Shown here piece after piece: positions 1 to 9,860 of a stretch of DNA of 64,000 nucleotides. The position numbers and the translations under genes were made by a program. Origin of the DNA: a virus (taxonomy: Duplodnaviria; Caudoviricetes); the IMG/VR virus record IMGVR_UViG_3300046131_000022, positions 1 through 64,000 of that record; one strand, 5' to 3'. The notes under the pieces were generated by a model. That model searched no databases. It was not told the DNA's origin and saw only the letters and a program-made list of their open reading frames with translations. Position 1 is the first letter of the stretch; each line of letters starts with the position of its first letter.

Positions 1-207
1 ACCATTAAGGACTTTCTCAACCATTCCGCTTAAATATGCTGGGGTCATTCTGGCATCTTTATATATTCCACCTGCATTTTTAATTGGTAAAGTATCATTA
101 GCCAAACCTTCAAAAACAGCCAATTGGGTTAGGTCTACTTTATCCCCTAGAAGCGCAACTAATTTTCGTTTCACTTCTGGGTATTTTTCTAAATCAATTC
201 TAAACAT
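1..207 (-). CDS. 5' part of gene after portal, runs off window; probable prohead protease/head maturation protein
   Basis: Open frame from ATG 207 (MFRIDLEKYPEVKRKLVALLGDKVDL...) with AGGA SD, 69 codons with no stop; function from synteny only. Confidence 0.45.
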   Translation of the reverse strand, partial: MFRIDLEKYPEVKRKLVALLGDKVDLTQLAVFEGLANDTLPIKNAGGIYKDARMTPAYLSGMVEKVLNG

Positions 208-216
208 AGTTCAATC

Positions 217-1707
217 CTATTTAACTGCGTTACTTTTTGCTGAAGCATCACTTTTCCGTGACTGTGCTCGTTGTCTGGAATTAGGTTGATCTTTCTGAGG
301 TGTATTTGTCGTCGCCTTGCTCGTTGAATCTGTTTCACTTGCAGTTTCAGTTTTCGCATTGTCAAAGCCTGTACCAGAAAGAAGTGGTGCTGAACTTGGT
401 TTAGGTCGATTATACATTTGCCAATGGTATTCGTCATCGGTAATTAATCCATCGGAAAGATCTTTTCGTAAACGAGCTTGTTTTTGAACTTTGGCAGGTT
501 CAAGTTCATTTGGTGGTCTCATTTCTGGTTGATCAAAATATACTTCAACATAAGAGGTTGAACCTGCCAGTCGTAAAGCAAAAGTTAATAAATTGGACCA
601 TAAAGATGCGAGTGGTTCGTTAATCTCAGACGCTTGCATACTAAAAATTTGAGCTTCTACTGAAGCAGTATTTACCCCAGATTCCCCACGACCTAGTACG
701 GTTGCCACGGATTTTAAAGCTGCTTGATTTTGTGCATTTAACACTTCAATCACAGGTCTAATATCAATGCCAACGGAACCGTTAGGCATATTTAGGGTGT
801 CAACTTCAACAGAGTCAGTATGTACTACTGGTTGGTCTGCTCTGATTTGTGAAAAGCTTCTAATGATAGTTGCGATTTGATTTTGAACATACGTGTTTCT
901 TTTCTTAGTGTCTCTTTTATCATCTTCAGGCATGTGTCGTGTGATAGATTCTTCTAACACCTTAACATCCATCCGTGGGTATCCTGTGATTTGCATAATA
1001 TTATACAAATCATTGATTACCTGCGCTCGTGCGTATACTGTATTAATTACGGCAATAAACACACTTTTTGAATAAGGACTACTTGGATCTTGTCTATGTG
1101 AAGCGTAATAAAATGTTGGGATGTTTAAATCAATTTCATCATTGTCTACACTTTGAACTGGTGTTAAAAAACCGTTGGTCTTTTCATACCATTTGATTGT
1201 TTTTGTATCAATGTTTCTAACGTCCGAAACCCCAAAAGCATCATCTAAAACTAATTCAGCAGAAATAGATCCTCTTTTCAATAACATATATCGAAAAGCT
1301 TGATTTCTTGTTTTAAGTAGTCGATCTGGTGAAAAACCTTTTTCATAATCTACTGTGTAAGAAATTTGAGTTATTAATTGACTGATCTTATCAATTGCAT
1401 CTGAATCAATTTCACCTTCAGGTGTTTTTGCAATAAATCGCATAGGTGTATTACTTAATGTTAAATATGCACCTACGGCTGCGCCAACGTCTGGGTCATA
1501 TTGCATTAATGTGGCAATTAAGTCGTCATCTTCTTCACTACTTCGTTCACTTAATAGATCTCGAAGGTGCATATCTGTTTCTAATGCGCCTATTGCTTGA
1601 TCTGATTGTTGCGGATTGTATGTTGGAGATAATGCTTTACCCCCTGTTTGAGCATTGGTTGGTAAAAGTATTTGCCCAACTTTTCCCCAAATATCTAGTC
1701 CAGCCAT
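217..1707 (-). CDS. Portal protein (probable)
   Basis: ~496 aa directly after terL (TAA-T-ATG coupling at 1711-1705); helical body with low-complexity C-terminal tail. Confidence 0.75.
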   Translation of the reverse strand: MAGLDIWGKVGQILLPTNAQTGGKALSPTYNPQQSDQAIGALETDMHLRDLLSERSSEEDDDLIATLMQYDPDVGAAVGAYLTLSNTPMRFIAKTPEGEIDSDAIDKISQLITQISYTVDYEKGFSPDRLLKTRNQAFRYMLLKRGSISAELVLDDAFGVSDVRNIDTKTIKWYEKTNGFLTPVQSVDNDEIDLNIPTFYYASHRQDPSSPYSKSVFIAVINTVYARAQVINDLYNIMQITGYPRMDVKVLEESITRHMPEDDKRDTKKRNTYVQNQIATIIRSFSQIRADQPVVHTDSVEVDTLNMPNGSVGIDIRPVIEVLNAQNQAALKSVATVLGRGESGVNTASVEAQIFSMQASEINEPLASLWSNLLTFALRLAGSTSYVEVYFDQPEMRPPNELEPAKVQKQARLRKDLSDGLITDDEYHWQMYNRPKPSSAPLLSGTGFDNAKTETASETDSTSKATTNTPQKDQPNSRQRAQSRKSDASAKSNAVK

Positions 1708-1708
1708 A

Positions 1709-3454
1709 TTAGTTTCGTCCAAATAATGTTTGTGTTGGCATCATGAAATTATCCATAGTACCTAAATATATTGTTGAATTATAACTTTGATCAGGTAAAA
1801 AGCTATAACCATTATAATGTTGGTGCACCGCTTGATACATATAACCTGCTGAATGGAAATAGTGATCATTTTTATCTTTTTTAATCCACACAGGGATTTT
1901 TTCTGTCCCTTCTTTTGACTCAACTAAGGTTCTGACCATAGCTCTTAAATGATGGATGATTGTTTCTTTTTGACTACCATATCCTGAGAAGGTCATCCAA
2001 CCATTTTTGATTGCTGAAACCAACAAGTCTAAGTGCATGGTTCTATGTGCTGAGACATAACTCAAATTACCATATTCATCGGTTTTCGGTGTCAACATTG
2101 CACCATTATTTCCTTGCTCATACTGCATCGGCATAATGATATTTTGGGTTTTGCTTCTGATTTTGTCTGAGTCAGTCATTAAAGGAAGTCTATCAATAAA
2201 CCCACCGACTATTTTAAAATCTTTAAAATATTTCTCAATCCGATGTGGTAATTCTTCCGCCTTTACTGTTTCCATAAAGGTTGTTCTAACTTTAGTCACA
2301 TTTTCAGCAGCCCCAATCGTTACATGACAAACTTTACCCATATCAATACCTATGAAATGAGGTATTCCTTCAAATTGATATACAGGATCAAAGTGTGCTG
2401 TAAATAATGTTCTCAACAAACCTTCTGGCAGTCTTTCATCTGAGTTTTCATGAGTATTTCCTAACACCGTGTTTTGGAAACCCTTCATGTTGTCACCACG
2501 GGTATATTTTATCAGTGTGGTAAGGACGTAAGCAGCATCCAGATTGCGAGTAGAGAATGGACTAATACGATAGCCCCGACTATTACTGCGGTGAGGGTGT
2601 CGGGGAACCCACTCATGATTTTCTTCGTCTCCATACGTGACAGGTTTACCACATTTGCAACAAATAGAATAAGCTTCAGAAGTATTGATTCCATATTTAT
2701 CCAACCATTGGGGTTCAAATAAACTGAGGTCGTTGTTCGCTTCAGCAGGTAATTTAGGTATTCGTATAAATTCAGTTGTAAATTTGGGTAATTGATAAAA
2801 ACTACAGTGAGGGCATTTAAATAAATACTCATGTTGATCTGAGTTTTGGTATAAAGCATCAATACCTAAACCACTGTATGTTGGGGTTGAGTAGTTGTGG
2901 TTCATTTTTACATCTGAACCCTGCAGTCGTGAGTTGAAAAGTGCAATGATTTGTGGGTCTGATAAATCAATCTCATCATTGAACACAACGTCTGCAGGTT
3001 GGGATGTTGCTGCCTTCTCATTCGCTGGAAACATAAGCATAAATGAGTTATTTACTTCCGTCATTTCAATAGAACGAATTGGTTTTTTACCTGCTTCATT
3101 CTTATCATGGAAAATTTCATCTTGCGTCAAAATAGGCATTACCCTGTTTTGGTAAACCCTTTTACGCATGTTTTCATCAGGCATCGTGTAAATTAAATTT
3201 CGATGTGGATTTCTCGCCACGTAAGCTAAAGCCTTACGCAACTGTAATTCCGTTAACCCGATTTGTGATGGTTTTATACAATGCAACTCCAACGACATAT
3301 CATTCAAGATTGCTTTTTGAAAAGGGTAACGGTCACAAGTAAAAGGCAGTCCTTGTAGAGTTGTGTTTTGATTCACCCAATCGTAGTAACTTATAGGGTC
3401 AACAAGCTCTTTTAAATAAGAACTCATCCGACCTTTAAAAGAGCCTTTTGACAT
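1709..3454 (-). CDS. Terminase large subunit, lambda GpA-like
   Basis: Walker A IKPSQIGLTE, Walker B VVFNDEID, CPHC..CCKC zinc motif, nuclease FIGIDMG and DHYFHS. Confidence 0.92.
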   Translation of the reverse strand: MSKGSFKGRMSSYLKELVDPISYYDWVNQNTTLQGLPFTCDRYPFQKAILNDMSLELHCIKPSQIGLTELQLRKALAYVARNPHRNLIYTMPDENMRKRVYQNRVMPILTQDEIFHDKNEAGKKPIRSIEMTEVNNSFMLMFPANEKAATSQPADVVFNDEIDLSDPQIIALFNSRLQGSDVKMNHNYSTPTYSGLGIDALYQNSDQHEYLFKCPHCSFYQLPKFTTEFIRIPKLPAEANNDLSLFEPQWLDKYGINTSEAYSICCKCGKPVTYGDEENHEWVPRHPHRSNSRGYRISPFSTRNLDAAYVLTTLIKYTRGDNMKGFQNTVLGNTHENSDERLPEGLLRTLFTAHFDPVYQFEGIPHFIGIDMGKVCHVTIGAAENVTKVRTTFMETVKAEELPHRIEKYFKDFKIVGGFIDRLPLMTDSDKIRSKTQNIIMPMQYEQGNNGAMLTPKTDEYGNLSYVSAHRTMHLDLLVSAIKNGWMTFSGYGSQKETIIHHLRAMVRTLVESKEGTEKIPVWIKKDKNDHYFHSAGYMYQAVHQHYNGYSFLPDQSYNSTIYLGTMDNFMMPTQTLFGRN

Positions 3455-3685
3455 TAAAAAATCCTCTCAAATTAATTTTGTCAGTATATATGGTTTTAAT
3501 TAGTTATAGAAATTTGAACTTTTTAAAAAGTTTGTTTTTTGATTCCTTAAATGGTTATCAAGTTTTTTAATCGGTTTTTCAAATCACCTATTACATATCG
3601 TTGTTTTTTAACGTTTTTTAAACTCTATTTTCTTTATTACTTTTTCTAATTTGTATTATTATCGAAACTTATAGTTTTTACTGCG

Positions 3686-3712
3686 TTGCCCCTGTTCTTT
3701 TTTTACCTATAA
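3686..3712 (+). promoter_or_regulatory. Possible sigma70 promoter for primase operon
   Basis: TTGCCC, 15 nt, TATAAT (spacing short); A/T-tract-rich divergent intergenic region upstream. Confidence 0.35.
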
Positions 3713-3752
3713 TTAAAACCAATACCTCACTCAATGTGAGTTTTTATTTGGG

Positions 3753-4322
3753 ATGATTGTGTTTATGGCTGAAAAATATCCAAAAATTACTCAAGAAGCT
3801 CTCGAAGCTTCTGCAGAAATTCTTTTAAATTGTTTACTTAAACCTAATTATTTAAAAGAAGCTCCATACAGTTCTTTAATGGTTGCCAAAATTGAAGACA
3901 TTCAAGAAGAATTTGAAGAAAATATTCGTGAAGGTTCTTTCTCTGTTTCAGTTTTGAAAGAAGGTGTTAATGTTGATGCTGACATTGCGGAGCGTTTTTC
4001 AGAAATTAATTCTGGTATTGAAACCAGAAATTCGGAATATCAGGATAAATATGGGATTGTTGTTCGTTTAGAAAAGATTATTTTAAACATGGAAACTTTA
4101 GCCACTAAGGGTAGTAGTGATACTGTAAAAATGACAGCCATGACTAAATTTATGGATTTTCAACAAGAACAAATTAAGATCCTGACTCAATTAACCAACG
4201 TGGCTAAAGCTCAAAAAATTGAATCTTTAACACGAAGATTTTTTCAAGAGATTCGCAAATCTGATCAATTAAAAAATGTTGTTGATCGCTATATTAAATT
4301 ATTAAATTCTTTGGATGATTAA
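3753..4322 (+). CDS. Hypothetical helical protein; possible terminase small subunit (start may be 3768)
   Basis: 189 aa ORF divergent from terL, coupled to primase; all-helical, SDTVKMTA segment loosely TerS-like. Confidence 0.5.
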   Translation: MIVFMAEKYPKITQEALEASAEILLNCLLKPNYLKEAPYSSLMVAKIEDIQEEFEENIREGSFSVSVLKEGVNVDADIAERFSEINSGIETRNSEYQDKYGIVVRLEKIILNMETLATKGSSDTVKMTAMTKFMDFQQEQIKILTQLTNVAKAQKIESLTRRFFQEIRKSDQLKNVVDRYIKLLNSLDD

Positions 4323-4325
4323 GAC

Positions 4326-6998
4326 ATGGCTAACAGTATTTTTAAAGATCACGCTCCTTTTTACTATGCTAAAGGTATGTCAGTTATTCCTTTGCAAGTT
4401 AATTCAAAAATTCCTTTAACTACTGCTTGGTCTGATTTCTCTGATCATCCTGTACCAAAGGAAATTCAACAGCAGTGGCTACATCTACCTGCAGATCACA
4501 ATATTGGTTTAGTTCTTGGTAAACAATCAGGTGTTGGTGTTCTTGATATTGACTATGCCGATGAAAAATTAATTGAGAAAATCCTCAGTATTTTGCCTGA
4601 AGGTTACGACACATGGAAACGTGTGGGTAAAAAAGGCATGGTATTGGCTTTTAAATTTAACCCAAAAGTTCCACGAGCTTTTAAATTAATTTCCCCTGAA
4701 TACGGAACTTTGGTTGAGTACCTTTGCACAGGTCAACAGGTTGTTCTACCTCCTTCTATTCACCCAGACACTAAAAAACCATATACCTCAAACTCCAACC
4801 TTTACGAAGTCTTAGACCAGTTGGTTATGGTCCCAGATGATCTTGAAGATCGTTTGCGTAATTTAATTGAGTTGGAAGGTATTAGTTTAAGCAATAAAGG
4901 TATGGGTTCACTTGTTGAATTTGTACCTGCAGGTTTCCGTGACAGTTCTATCACTCAAAAAAATGGTTTGCTTGCCCATGAGGTTGTGGCAGGTAAAATT
5001 AGTATGCGTCAGGCAGTAGAAATGCTTTATGCCATTAATGATGGTTTTACTGAACAGGTCGAAGGCGACCCTATGGACATGGATAAACATGTTCGCAATC
5101 TGGTTAAATTTATTCGTCAAACTTTAAATAAACGTAAAACAAATTTACCCCATGGTTGGGATGAAGGTTTAACAAAGTCGCAAATTAAAGGTTTTGGTTT
5201 AGACGATATTGAAGCTGAGTGGAGTTATGAGCAGATTTTAGAGTTCTATAACACGGAAGCCGATAATACTCCAGAAAACAAAGCTTTAGATCTTGTTGAC
5301 GATATGTTGTTAAAACTTGCTCAGATTAAAAATTCTGATCCTGTTCGTGAAACTTTTGTAACCAATAAGATTGTTTCTAAGTCTGGTTTGGAAATTAAAA
5401 GTTCTGATTTAAAGTCAAAAATCCGTGGTATTCGTGAAAGCATGAAAACAGCCACTTCAATCGGTGGTGATGAGAACGGAAATGGCTCAACTGAGATTAA
5501 TTTAAATACACACACTGAAGTAGCCTTGGCAGTCAAAGATTTATTACAAGCCATGCACCCAATTTGTGTGGACTCAGGGTTGGTTTATAAATTCATGGGT
5601 TCTCATTGGGTTTTATTTCCAGTTGAAAAAGTAAAGCAATTTATTGCTTTAAATTTCACACACTTAGACATAATGAAACGAAATTCTGATATTGAAGGTG
5701 TCTATAAGCAACTTCTTATTTTATGTGAAAGTGAATTAAATAATTTCAATAAAGCTTTTGTCAATGTTGCCAACGGTATTATTGTTGAAAATCAAGGGGC
5801 TAAACTTGCCAAAGATGATCACAGTTTAAATATTGAGATCCAACGTATTCGTGAACAAATTTTAGCTCACCCGAATGCTCAAATGGGTATTTGGACTGCA
5901 GAAGAAATTGCTTCTGCCCAAGATAGTGCAGTTGAACGTTTTAAGAATAATATGAAATCTCTTTTAACCTTCGTACCTCATCAAAGAGATTACGGGGCAA
6001 CCTATGTTTTACCTTACAGATTTCTTCCTGAAAAGGCAGGTAAAATGCCTTTATTTGAGAAATTCTTATTTGATAGTTGGGGACATAATCCTGATTTTGA
6101 AGATATGAAGAAAGCCCTTCAAGAAGCTCTCTATGTGAGTTTTATGGGTCAGGCAACTAAATACCAACGTGCTTTTTTACTTTTTGGTTTGGCTCGTACA
6201 GGTAAATCAGTTCTTCTTGAAATCATCGGTTCTCTTTTTCCTGATGATGCTAAGGCTTCAATCAGCTTCGATAAGATGAGTGAAAACCGTTTGGTGGTTA
6301 GTCTACATCGAAAAAATATTAATATTGTTGGGGAACTTTCAGAACGGAAACGCATTGAAGGGGATATTTTTAAGTCGATGATTGATGGAACACCTACTTC
6401 TGTTTATCAGTTGTATCGTGAATCTTTCATGATGAAACCAACGTGTGCTCATTGGGCTGCTTCAAACCATTTACCAAAAACTTTTGATACCTCTGAAGGT
6501 TTTACTCGTCGTTGGTTGTTTTTTTATTTTGATCAACAAGTAGATGAAAGTAAGGTTGATGTTGATTTAGCCAAAAAGATTATCTCCCAAGAGCGTGAAG
6601 CAATTTTTGCTTGGGCTTTGGACGCTGGTGTTCGTTTAAGCCAAAATGGTAGTTATACTTTACCAAAATCGCATAAACGTTTAATGGCTACTCTGGCTTT
6701 CCAAACTAACCCTGCTTTATATTTCCTTGAAAAAGACCCTAACATTGAGATCAAGAGTAAATTAAATTTACCTGAAAATGATCATAGCATTTTTGAGTGT
6801 ACTGAGTTGGATTTGCACCTTCAATTTAGACAGTTTATGCGATTAGGTATTGGTAGTCGTCGGGTTGTTGAAATGCAAGAATTTCGTGCCATGTTGGATG
6901 AAATTATTAAATCTCGTGGAATTTCTCGCTTTGGTAAAGAAGGTGATTTGAATCAGTGGTATCGTGGGATTCGTTTAAAGAATCCATTAAATATGTAA
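4326..6998 (+). CDS. Bifunctional Prim-Pol primase / D5-like SF3 helicase
   Basis: N-terminal VIPL..KIP, NIGLVLG, VLDID, QQVVLPPSIHP; C-terminal Walker A GLARTGKS, ASNHLP, GFTRRW. Confidence 0.9.
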   Translation: MANSIFKDHAPFYYAKGMSVIPLQVNSKIPLTTAWSDFSDHPVPKEIQQQWLHLPADHNIGLVLGKQSGVGVLDIDYADEKLIEKILSILPEGYDTWKRVGKKGMVLAFKFNPKVPRAFKLISPEYGTLVEYLCTGQQVVLPPSIHPDTKKPYTSNSNLYEVLDQLVMVPDDLEDRLRNLIELEGISLSNKGMGSLVEFVPAGFRDSSITQKNGLLAHEVVAGKISMRQAVEMLYAINDGFTEQVEGDPMDMDKHVRNLVKFIRQTLNKRKTNLPHGWDEGLTKSQIKGFGLDDIEAEWSYEQILEFYNTEADNTPENKALDLVDDMLLKLAQIKNSDPVRETFVTNKIVSKSGLEIKSSDLKSKIRGIRESMKTATSIGGDENGNGSTEINLNTHTEVALAVKDLLQAMHPICVDSGLVYKFMGSHWVLFPVEKVKQFIALNFTHLDIMKRNSDIEGVYKQLLILCESELNNFNKAFVNVANGIIVENQGAKLAKDDHSLNIEIQRIREQILAHPNAQMGIWTAEEIASAQDSAVERFKNNMKSLLTFVPHQRDYGATYVLPYRFLPEKAGKMPLFEKFLFDSWGHNPDFEDMKKALQEALYVSFMGQATKYQRAFLLFGLARTGKSVLLEIIGSLFPDDAKASISFDKMSENRLVVSLHRKNINIVGELSERKRIEGDIFKSMIDGTPTSVYQLYRESFMMKPTCAHWAASNHLPKTFDTSEGFTRRWLFFYFDQQVDESKVDVDLAKKIISQEREAIFAWALDAGVRLSQNGSYTLPKSHKRLMATLAFQTNPALYFLEKDPNIEIKSKLNLPENDHSIFECTELDLHLQFRQFMRLGIGSRRVVEMQEFRAMLDEIIKSRGISRFGKEGDLNQWYRGIRLKNPLNM

Positions 6999-7039
6999 CC
7001 CATTAAATAGATAGATGGTTAACTTTTAGAGATTTTATT

Positions 7040-7366
7040 ATGTTTAATTATTCAAATTTTAACTATAACCATTTTGCTGACTTAATTAATTCCTGTGTTC
7101 TTCGGGCAAAGGAAGCTGCTAAATTGGTTGATGACTCTGGCACAGTCAATAATGATTGTTTGGTTCTAACTTTTTTATACGGTAAACGCCTAGATCTTTT
7201 TTTGGCTACAGGCTTGCCTATGTCTAAGCGTACAGGTGTTACAGGGCATTTTTGGTTGGACATTCAATTTGGGCAAGCAAATAGAAATGCTGAGTTCTGT
7301 CGGCAGCTCACGGAAATGTTAAGGACTGCAGGTATTATGTCTTCTGTTGTTGCTGTCTCGGACTAG
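7040..7366 (+). CDS. Hypothetical phage protein
   Basis: 108 aa ORF following primase. Confidence 0.65.
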   Translation: MFNYSNFNYNHFADLINSCVLRAKEAAKLVDDSGTVNNDCLVLTFLYGKRLDLFLATGLPMSKRTGVTGHFWLDIQFGQANRNAEFCRQLTEMLRTAGIMSSVVAVSD

Positions 7367-7604
7367 GACTAAGATTTGGTTTAATTTTTTGTTTTGTTAT
7401 TTTGTTGTTTTGTTGTTTTGACCCACTGTTTAGTGGGTTTTTATTTGCCTAGATTTTGTTTGTGGTGGTGGTTATTGTTTGTGACGGTTCTTATCACTGA
7501 CTTTTGCCTTGAAAAATTTTTTACGGAGACCTGGACCCCTGTGTACCTCTCCTACGTCATATTGTGTAAAAAAGCACCCCACCCTTCAATTAAAAACATA
7601 ATAA

Positions 7605-7617
7605 AATCAATAACTTA
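7605..7617 (+). promoter_or_regulatory. IHF consensus box
   Basis: AATCAATAACTTA matches WATCAANNNNTTR; ~30 nt upstream of the next promoter. Confidence 0.5.
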
Positions 7618-7648
7618 CAACTATTTTTAACTTATTTTGTGATAAATG

Positions 7649-7676
7649 TTGTAACGTGTTTTCAGGGGGCTATAAT
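7649..7676 (+). promoter_or_regulatory. Sigma70-like promoter of large ncRNA candidate
   Basis: TTGTAA, 16 nt, perfect TATAAT; predicted start ~7683. Confidence 0.6.
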
Positions 7677-7682
7677 GAGTTC

Positions 7683-8240
7683 ATACCAAGTAAGGGAGCA
7701 ATGTTACAGTCTTAGACAGTGACTTGCACTATTGACTATGTTAGTCGCTAGTGCAAGTCAAGGAAAAGTTATAACCAATTTTCGGTGGTTATTTCACGGA
7801 CTGTTATACCCAAAATTTGGGGTTATGGGGGACGACCACGTAACCGACTCTTTGCAAGTCCCTGACTAGGACATAAAACAAAATGTCAATGAGTAATGCC
7901 ACGGCTTACACGGTTTTGATGAAAATTCAAACAAAAGACCTTAGTAATTCACACTTTGAAATTTACGCCTTGTATCGGTACAGACACCAAACAATTGCAG
8001 AAAATTTCGTGATTAAGGCAAGCATAGCGAAATACTAATGAGTATGTAGCGATAGAGATTAAGTGAACGTAACGAGTTTAACTGATTGCGCTATCCAAAG
8101 GTGATCTAGCCACCGAGAAATAAACCTACAGCTAGTCGATAAACGGAAACGGTTTATTAGCTTAAATCATGAATGACAAGTGTCAGTGTATATGATAGAC
8201 GTTATACATAATGTAAAAAATGAATTTTGACTTGCTAAAT
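7683..8240 (+). ncRNA. Large structured ncRNA candidate (~550 nt, class unknown)
   Basis: No ORF of 60 aa or more between 7630 and 8376; many hairpins incl. perfect 12-bp stem 7720-7731/7749-7760 and GAAA-capped stem 8130-8162; ends approximate. Confidence 0.55.
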
Positions 8241-8264
8241 ATCTAAAAGTGTTATCTAAAAATC

Positions 8265-8330
8265 AGATCAAGGGCATTGGCTTAAATTTAAATTTAATCT
8301 TAACCTTATCTTTGACCTTGCCCTTGATCT
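8265..8330. repeat. 12-bp inverted repeat
   Basis: AGATCAAGGGCA 8265-8276 / TGCCCTTGATCT 8319-8330, between RNA candidate and next ORF. Confidence 0.7.
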
Positions 8331-8375
8331 AACCTTATCATCATCTTTATTTAAAAATCAAACCTTTATAGGAAT

Positions 8376-9041
8376 ATGATCATGATTAAATTTACTCGAA
8401 ACAATGCAACATTCAACATTGACAATGCAGCGTTAGCTACTAAAGCATTGCCATTTGTTAATCAAATCGAAAACATTGGAAAAAATGCAACTGTTTTCAA
8501 ACAAATTATTAAAGCAATCAAAGCGAACAAAACCAATGCGGTTTATGACTTTTTCGTAAATGATGGTTTAGAGAATCAAATCTCTAAAATGGCTCTGGCT
8601 TTAGACACTCAAGAAAAAGCTTTGAAAGCTTGTAAGTATGATAACTTACACCAATATCAGGCAGCGTTTAAAAAGTGGGCAAAAACGCCTAACGCTGAAA
8701 TGGTTCAAGATGATAAAGATAACGTGAAAAAAATCGTTGCCAAAGCTCGAATTTTACGTGAGGGTGTATTCTCTAAATATGCCCACGGTGAAATCTCTTT
8801 GAATGATTTAAAAATCGCTTTTGACTTGACAAGCTCAAAAAATCCAGAAGATGAAAAATCTTTAGTTGAAAATGCGCCTGAAGTTGAAACGGTTGAAGTT
8901 GAAAAAAATCCTGAAATTGACCTTTCAGAATTAACCGCAACTTTGCAAAAATTGGATTTGGATCAAGCTCGTTTGATGATGGAAGTGTTGCAAGGGCATA
9001 TCAATAGCCTTGTGCCAAGCGAGTTGGCAAATGCAAGTTAA
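8376..9041 (+). CDS. Hypothetical protein
   Basis: 221 aa ORF, AGGA SD. Confidence 0.75.
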   Translation: MIMIKFTRNNATFNIDNAALATKALPFVNQIENIGKNATVFKQIIKAIKANKTNAVYDFFVNDGLENQISKMALALDTQEKALKACKYDNLHQYQAAFKKWAKTPNAEMVQDDKDNVKKIVAKARILREGVFSKYAHGEISLNDLKIAFDLTSSKNPEDEKSLVENAPEVETVEVEKNPEIDLSELTATLQKLDLDQARLMMEVLQGHINSLVPSELANAS

Positions 9042-9048
9042 TCGAAAC

Positions 9049-9141
9049 AATCCTAGATCAGCAATTGATCTAGGATTTCCCTTGACCTAGACCTAGACAA
9101 AATAAAAATTAGATCCTAATCAGTTCTAATTTTTATTTTGT
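9049..9141 (+). terminator. Two adjacent long hairpins (terminator-like)
   Basis: 12-bp stem 9049-9077 and 17-bp stem 9097-9141 followed by T run. Confidence 0.7.
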
Positions 9142-9241
9142 TTTAATGCGCCCATTTAGGGCGTTTTTTCCGACCATAAAAAGCTTAATCCGCTTTTTTG
9201 CTTAAATTCAAAATCTCAAACCATTTTTGGAGTGTAATTCT

Positions 9242-9685
9242 ATGTCTACCAATACTTATCAACTTTCTGAAATTCCACAAGTTTTGAAATTTGTTCGTCC
9301 TGAAACAAAACCTAACACCAGTTTAACCAAAGAAGTTTTTGAGAAATCTAAAATCTCGGTCAATTCTTGGAAACGTGTTCCTTATTCTGCTGAAGATCAT
9401 GCTCGTAACGTTGGCTTAGTCCTAGACAATGTCATTTTCCTTTACGGTGTTTTGGACAAATTCCACGATCATACTGGGTGTGATTATTGGATCAATTTAG
9501 CTAAGAAATCTTTAGCTATTTTAGATCGTGCTGAACAATATTTTACAGAAAATCAAGTCTATATCTGGGACACATGCCTTGACTTAATCAAGATTCGCCG
9601 TGAGCAATTGTTGTGGATTTTGGCTGAATTTGAACGCCTTGAAAAAATCCAAGTTCAAGTGAAAAACCCTCAACCTTTTTGTTAA
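9242..9685 (+). CDS. Hypothetical protein
   Basis: ORF 9227-9685; ATG 9242 follows GGAG SD. Confidence 0.7.
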   Translation: MSTNTYQLSEIPQVLKFVRPETKPNTSLTKEVFEKSKISVNSWKRVPYSAEDHARNVGLVLDNVIFLYGVLDKFHDHTGCDYWINLAKKSLAILDRAEQYFTENQVYIWDTCLDLIKIRREQLLWILAEFERLEKIQVQVKNPQPFC

Positions 9686-9698
9686 GTTGAGTTTAACA

Positions 9699-9860
9699 AT
9701 GACAATAATTTTGTTTGTTACAGTCATGTTTTCAGGTGTGAAAGCACCTGTTTATGATCTTAGTTTTAACAGTGTTGTTTCTTGTGAAAGCTACAAAAAA
9801 CGACAAGGTTTTACCAGTAATAGTAGTTTTAAATACACATGTGAAGGAATTAAAAAATGA
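9699..9860 (+). CDS. Small exported/membrane protein (53 aa, below ORF-track cut-off)
   Basis: MTIILFVTVMFSGVKAPVYDLSFNSVVSCESYKKRQGFTSNSSFKYTCEGIKK; hydrophobic N-terminus, two Cys, ATGA overlap with next gene. Confidence 0.6.
   Translation: MTIILFVTVMFSGVKAPVYDLSFNSVVSCESYKKRQGFTSNSSFKYTCEGIKK

Noticed and set aside
7394-7630. 78-aa hydrophobic ORF
   Set aside because: TTG start, no SD, product of a low-complexity G/T-rich tract
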